Positions 59,977 through 64,000 of a DNA stretch of 64,000 nucleotides are shown one piece after another. The notes under the pieces are model-generated. The model saw nothing but the letters and a program-made list of their open reading frames with translations, made no database searches and had not been told where the DNA came from. The stretch is from Fistulifera solaris (Eukaryota): positions 1 to 64,000 of the forward strand of contig AP026123.1 of assembly GCA_030295235.1 (NCBI GenBank). Direction: 5' to 3'. A program made the translations under genes and the position numbers. The stretch's first letter is position 1. Each line of letters begins with the position of its first letter.

Positions 59977-60753
59977 CTACGATTCCTTGGGTGCCAGTGG
60001 CATGATCGTAAAGCGCACTTCATTGGGATCGCGTGCCATGAATTTTTGCACCAAAGCACACGCGTCAACTAACAAGTTCTGACAAGGACCATGACACACG
60101 GGGCCCTCTTTTCGCCCATCCAGTTCGTACAAGTTCCCATTGACAGCTATCAAGGCCACAAAATGCGTGATAATATCATCATCAAGAGATCCACGTGTTG
60201 TTGCGTTCTGCTCACTGCTTGCGGCTTGATCGTGATGTTGAGCGATCTGCTGATCTTGTTCAAGTTGCTGAGCGCGTTCGATCGGTGACATCGTCTGTGT
60301 CACTTGAGCGAATTGCGCCAGCCACGAATTAGGGACGAATAGCTCCGCGGGGCCGTTAAGTAGAGCATGTAAAAGCGCAATAGTCCCACAAGCGTTGCCG
60401 ATGCGTTGTCTAATGAACCAAATGTCGGTCGATTCTTTCACAATACTTTCGGGAGGATCTTGATGAGCATTTTGGACGTCCGTTAACGGATACAACAACA
60501 GAACGGCTTGTACGGGTTGCGCAATCATTTCCAATGCCCATTCTTCAGTACTAAAGACATCGACGAATTCATACACTTGCGAATACCCAAGTTTGCGAAC
60601 GTAATCATTGACAAGATCTGGGTTAGACTCCAATGGAAACCATTTGTGCTTTTCTTCTGTGCTGCTGCTGTTCTTTTCCTGCGACATTATACTCGTAGAA
60701 AGAATTGCAGATAGTGGCACGAATAGAGAAGGCAAGAACGACAATTTACGCAT
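59977..60753 (-). CDS. UCHL3: Ubiquitin C-terminal hydrolase (peptidase C12, UCH-L3-like)
   Basis: WFPLESNP, QRIGNACGTIALLH, HFVAL and YELDGRK (Cys-His-Asp triad). Start at 60753 or 60687. Confidence 0.93.
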   Translation of the reverse strand: MRKLSFLPSLFVPLSAILSTSIMSQEKNSSSTEEKHKWFPLESNPDLVNDYVRKLGYSQVYEFVDVFSTEEWALEMIAQPVQAVLLLYPLTDVQNAHQDPPESIVKESTDIWFIRQRIGNACGTIALLHALLNGPAELFVPNSWLAQFAQVTQTMSPIERAQQLEQDQQIAQHHDQAASSEQNATTRGSLDDDIITHFVALIAVNGNLYELDGRKEGPVCHGPCQNLLVDACALVQKFMARDPNEVRFTIMPLAPKES

Positions 60754-60816
60754 AAACGAATGTTATTTTGCAAAGATGTCAAAAGCAAACAAAATTTTGC
60801 GGGTCAAGGGCTGATT

Positions 60817-60866
60817 AATATCCGGGTGCCCCTTTGTCGATAATTTTCCCTACGGGGCTCTACGTG
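60817..60866 (+). repeat. Solitary diverged copy of the left end of the 54.4-kb satellite
   Basis: 43 of 51 aligned positions identical to 54374-54424. Confidence 0.8.
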
Positions 60867-61012
60867 AAACGCACGTAGACATTCGCAACTTTGCTGTGTT
60901 TCGCCATTATTTCTTGAGCACGACGAGAGGGTTATATTATTTTATTGCGCTGCAAAAAAGTCTGGGGACAACGAATGTTTATCGATAAGGAATAAAAAGC
61001 GACTGAACAAGA

Positions 61013-62166
61013 ATGAAACGTTACAGAGACTCGATCTTTTCGTCAGTATTTGTGCTGTGTTGCGTAGTGGAAAGGGGCAAGGCGGTCAAGTCATTTCTGT
61101 CAGTCGATGAAACGCAACTATTATTTCCTCTCGTAGACACGAACCTTTCTCCATACTATCGAGAAATTCAATGCCCCGGTTCATTTCTTGCCAAAGATTC
61201 GCTCGATCTAACAACACATGACAACACCGATTACTATAACGACGAGTACCTGTCACTCGAGCGCTTCCTGGCTTCATCAAATGCGCTTGCAACGAAGTAT
61301 CCTCCACAATCGCAAGGACTAGCGAAAGATAACAAAAATTCAAATCTTAAGTTTACAAAAACGGGCACCACCATTGTCGGAGTCGCGATAGATGGCGTCT
61401 GCGTCCTGGCAGCCGATACACGTGCGACCGCGGGAAGTCTCGTAGCCGACAACCGCGCCGAAAAATTGCATCTCTTGAATGCACGAACGGTGGCGGCCGG
61501 AGCCGGGACGTCAGCGGATTTGCAACACATTACTCGAGAATGTGCTGCCGTAGCGGCCTTACAGGCGCGATGGAATCAAGTAGGGAATGATGTCGATAGT
61601 GAACGGGAGGATACTGCTTCGGTCCTTGAATTAGTCTACTGGTTACGAAAGCGCTTGTACGAACGCAACGGAGCATGTCAAGCCAACTTGATAGTAGGAG
61701 GCATTCATCACAATGGAAAGGCACAGTTAAGGGCTATTCATCCGCACGGGAGTGTCGATGTTGTACCTTTACTGCATTAGGATCAGGAGGTATGGCAGCC
61801 ATGAGTGTCTTGGAGCAAGGATATCCTGCGCTAGCTACCGCAAAAGATCCTCGACAAGCTGCCCAAGAGTTGTGCATTCAAGCCATTCGTGCCGGCATTG
61901 AAAATGATCTAGGAAGTGGATCGCAGGTTGATATCTGTGTTGTCGACGCGAAATCGGGTTGTGTCATGACACGGGGAGTTTATCCGGAAGAGCGCTTGCC
62001 TACTATAGACGAACGAGTGGACGATATTGGGGACACAGGAGGTGTCAATGGTTTTGGAAAAGTTCCTTTTGTGTTGCAATCTCCGCGTGTTGTTCGACCC
62101 AGCGATATGGAACTGCGAAAGAGAGAACGAGAGCTATGGAGTTCGCTCATCAACGATGCTGCGTGA
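61013..62166 (+). CDS. 20S proteasome beta type-7 (beta2)-like subunit with signal-peptide-like leader (1 frameshift)
   Basis: KTG|TTIVGV catalytic Thr, LAADTRAT, AGAGTSAD, IHPHGS, ALGSG and GIENDLGSGSQVD. Long N-terminal extension with hydrophobic IFSSVFVLCCVV. Confidence 0.88.
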
Positions 62167-62477
62167 TGACGAGTTCCTTGTATTGTGCGAACATCGTCTT
62201 ACGAATACGTTGAGCTTCTCAACCTTGCACTTTTACTTACATGTTCGGCATCTGTGGAATATCTTTTCGGACTGGGGAGGATTCATCGATAGCCGTCTTT
62301 CGCTTTTTGAACTGGTTGGACGTTAGTGGGGCAAACGTTTTCCATAGTGCTGGCAATGGCACATGGATCTTGTCATCTACTCTTGTTCACTGTTCTACGG
62401 TTACTTTGTAATCAGTGGACTATAAAGTTTTTATTTTATTGCCTGATATGACGGATTCGGCTTAAGCTTACTTCCTC

Positions 62478-64000
62478 TCAGATTAAAAAGGTCCTTTCGG
62501 TCATCGACTCTAGCAAGAGCATACGAGTGCCTTCGAACATGATACTACGGACGGAACAATTCCATCCAACCCGATCATCGATTCTAGACTTTAAATTCGC
62601 CAACGCCTGAGCAGATCTTTGTTTAGCGCTTTGCGCATTCATGGCAACTAAAATTTCAGCGGCAGGTTCCAGAACAATTACATCTGCTGCGTCGCCATTT
62701 TCAGATTCGATGCGTAGACCAAGGCGATAGTAGTAGCTGTCATCGTCGGCCTTTGTAAGAATTTTGTCTATCGACGAAATGCTTGGCAACGACGGAATAA
62801 GATTTTTGAGAAACACTCGGCCTGTAAAAATTCCATCGTCGTACGATGTAAGCAACTCTTGAAGCGACTTGCTTTGAAAAAGAGACACGGGAACGGGAAT
62901 CGGCACATCGCCGTTTTCATTTTCAATCTCCTCATAGGGAAGGATCCCGCTGTCAGAGTTTCGTTCTTCACCACGGCGTGCATCATGTTTCCTCAATAGA
63001 TCAGTTACCTCGTAGCAATCGTCAGGTATCGGCGTCACGTGCGTCACACCTCTACTGTAGGCAACCGTCAAGCAGGTCAACTTATTATATTGTATACTGT
63101 CATCCCAGGCGTTCCGCAAGCGAAGAAAAGTACCGGGTTGCAAGTCTTTAATTTGTTCCCAATGAGGATCTTCCCAAACAACAACATTCACCACTCTACC
63201 CGTTACTTGAGTTGGGGGATCAAGACCCAATTTGCGACAAGCAGCTGCAAGTCGAGTTAAGACTTCAGGTGGGGGTCGCCATCCTCGTTCTGTTCACCAA
63301 TTGGGTTAGGATCCGAAACAGGAATTCCGGTTCCGTCCCAAACACGCAAAAATCCCCTAGGAACATTGCCAATCAAGTCTCCGGGTGGCATTGAGTAAAC
63401 CCCAGTAATCATAACAGAAAAGTCGCCCTTAAATCCAGATGAGAGTGTCGAAGACGCTTGTGGGACATGCAGATTCGATAATGTACACTGGTATTGGCTT
63501 CGCAAGGACGGGAAGTTACGCTACCATGTTCAAACGCGATATGTGAGACGATAACATGATCACGAATACCAATAGACTCATCGTTCAACAAATTGATCCC
63601 ACGAACCTGTCGTTCTTGTCCCCAAAGCCAGAGTCGTTCCATTTCCTTCTTTTCACTTTCAGTCGTCTCTGTATTTTGACTGGCGACATAGGTCCATTCC
63701 CACACACCTTCGCTTTGTTCTTCTTTCCGACAAACAACAAAAGAGCTTTGCTTCAGTCCAGTCAGCTGTACACTGCCTCTATGTTTCTTCACTTCGAGTC
63801 GATGCATCCGAATCACGTCACCGGCGAGCCGAACGTGTGGAAAGTGATGCTTGCCAACACCAAAAATATTTATTGTCACGGGCTGCGGTTCATCTTCCAC
63901 ATTGCTTGGTGCAATGCTCTCATCTACTAAACTAACCGTCATCATCCAGTCTGATTCTTTGAGCTGTCGCGCGGGCGTAAAGGAAAGAACTACCGCCATC
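62478..64000 (-). CDS. POT1: POT1-like telomere ssDNA-binding protein (5' end beyond window); intron 63521-63606; one frameshift
   Basis: OB1 motifs DWMMTVSLVDES, INIF, AGDVIRMHRL and SSFVV. OB2 motifs LRVWDGTG and QPGTFLRLRN. The intron joins in phase 0. Confidence 0.8.

Noticed and set aside
62478..64000. POT1 near a telomere as a functional arrangement
   Set aside because: It is over 60 kb from the end with many unrelated genes between; likely coincidence.

Overview
Left end of a eukaryotic nuclear chromosome: (CCCTAA)n telomere at base 1, short GT-AG introns and gene-dense DNA. It is most likely a pennate diatom (inferred from a CoDi-type Copia element, conserved diatom hypothetical proteins and an RNI/LRR-like family that I recall as expanded in Fistulifera). 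About 23 cellular genes are supported: SSU72, AhpD-like, TPR-kinase, six-CXXC protein, CCT1, VWA protein, GDA1/CD39 apyrase, PDI-like, two proteasome beta subunits with signal-peptide-like leaders, RNI-like, ankyrin, VOC, EF-hand, bL27m, PI31, two membrane-anchored PAPS-reductase-like genes, IRE1, UCH-L3, POT1 and three hypotheticals. Mobile and repeated DNA includes a full-length Copia element with identical 368-bp LTRs, a 470-bp MITE, two copies of a mini-Helitron, a palindromic ~52-bp minisatellite and a modular 218/244-bp satellite. Many conserved genes carry single-base frameshifts, probably consensus errors, so their coordinates are stitched by eye. Best leads: (1) the Copia primer-binding site matches the 5' end/D-arm of initiator tRNA-Met rather than a tRNA 3' end, with non-canonical LTR ends; (2) a tandem pair of type II membrane PAPS-reductase-like proteins, one thioredoxin-fused and one lacking the catalytic Cys; (3) IRE1 with a C-terminal CCCH finger; (4) a TPR-kinase-pseudophosphatase fusion; (5) a recurring TCATGACT..TGCAGTCG upstream motif. 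All family calls come from motif recognition; no searches were run.
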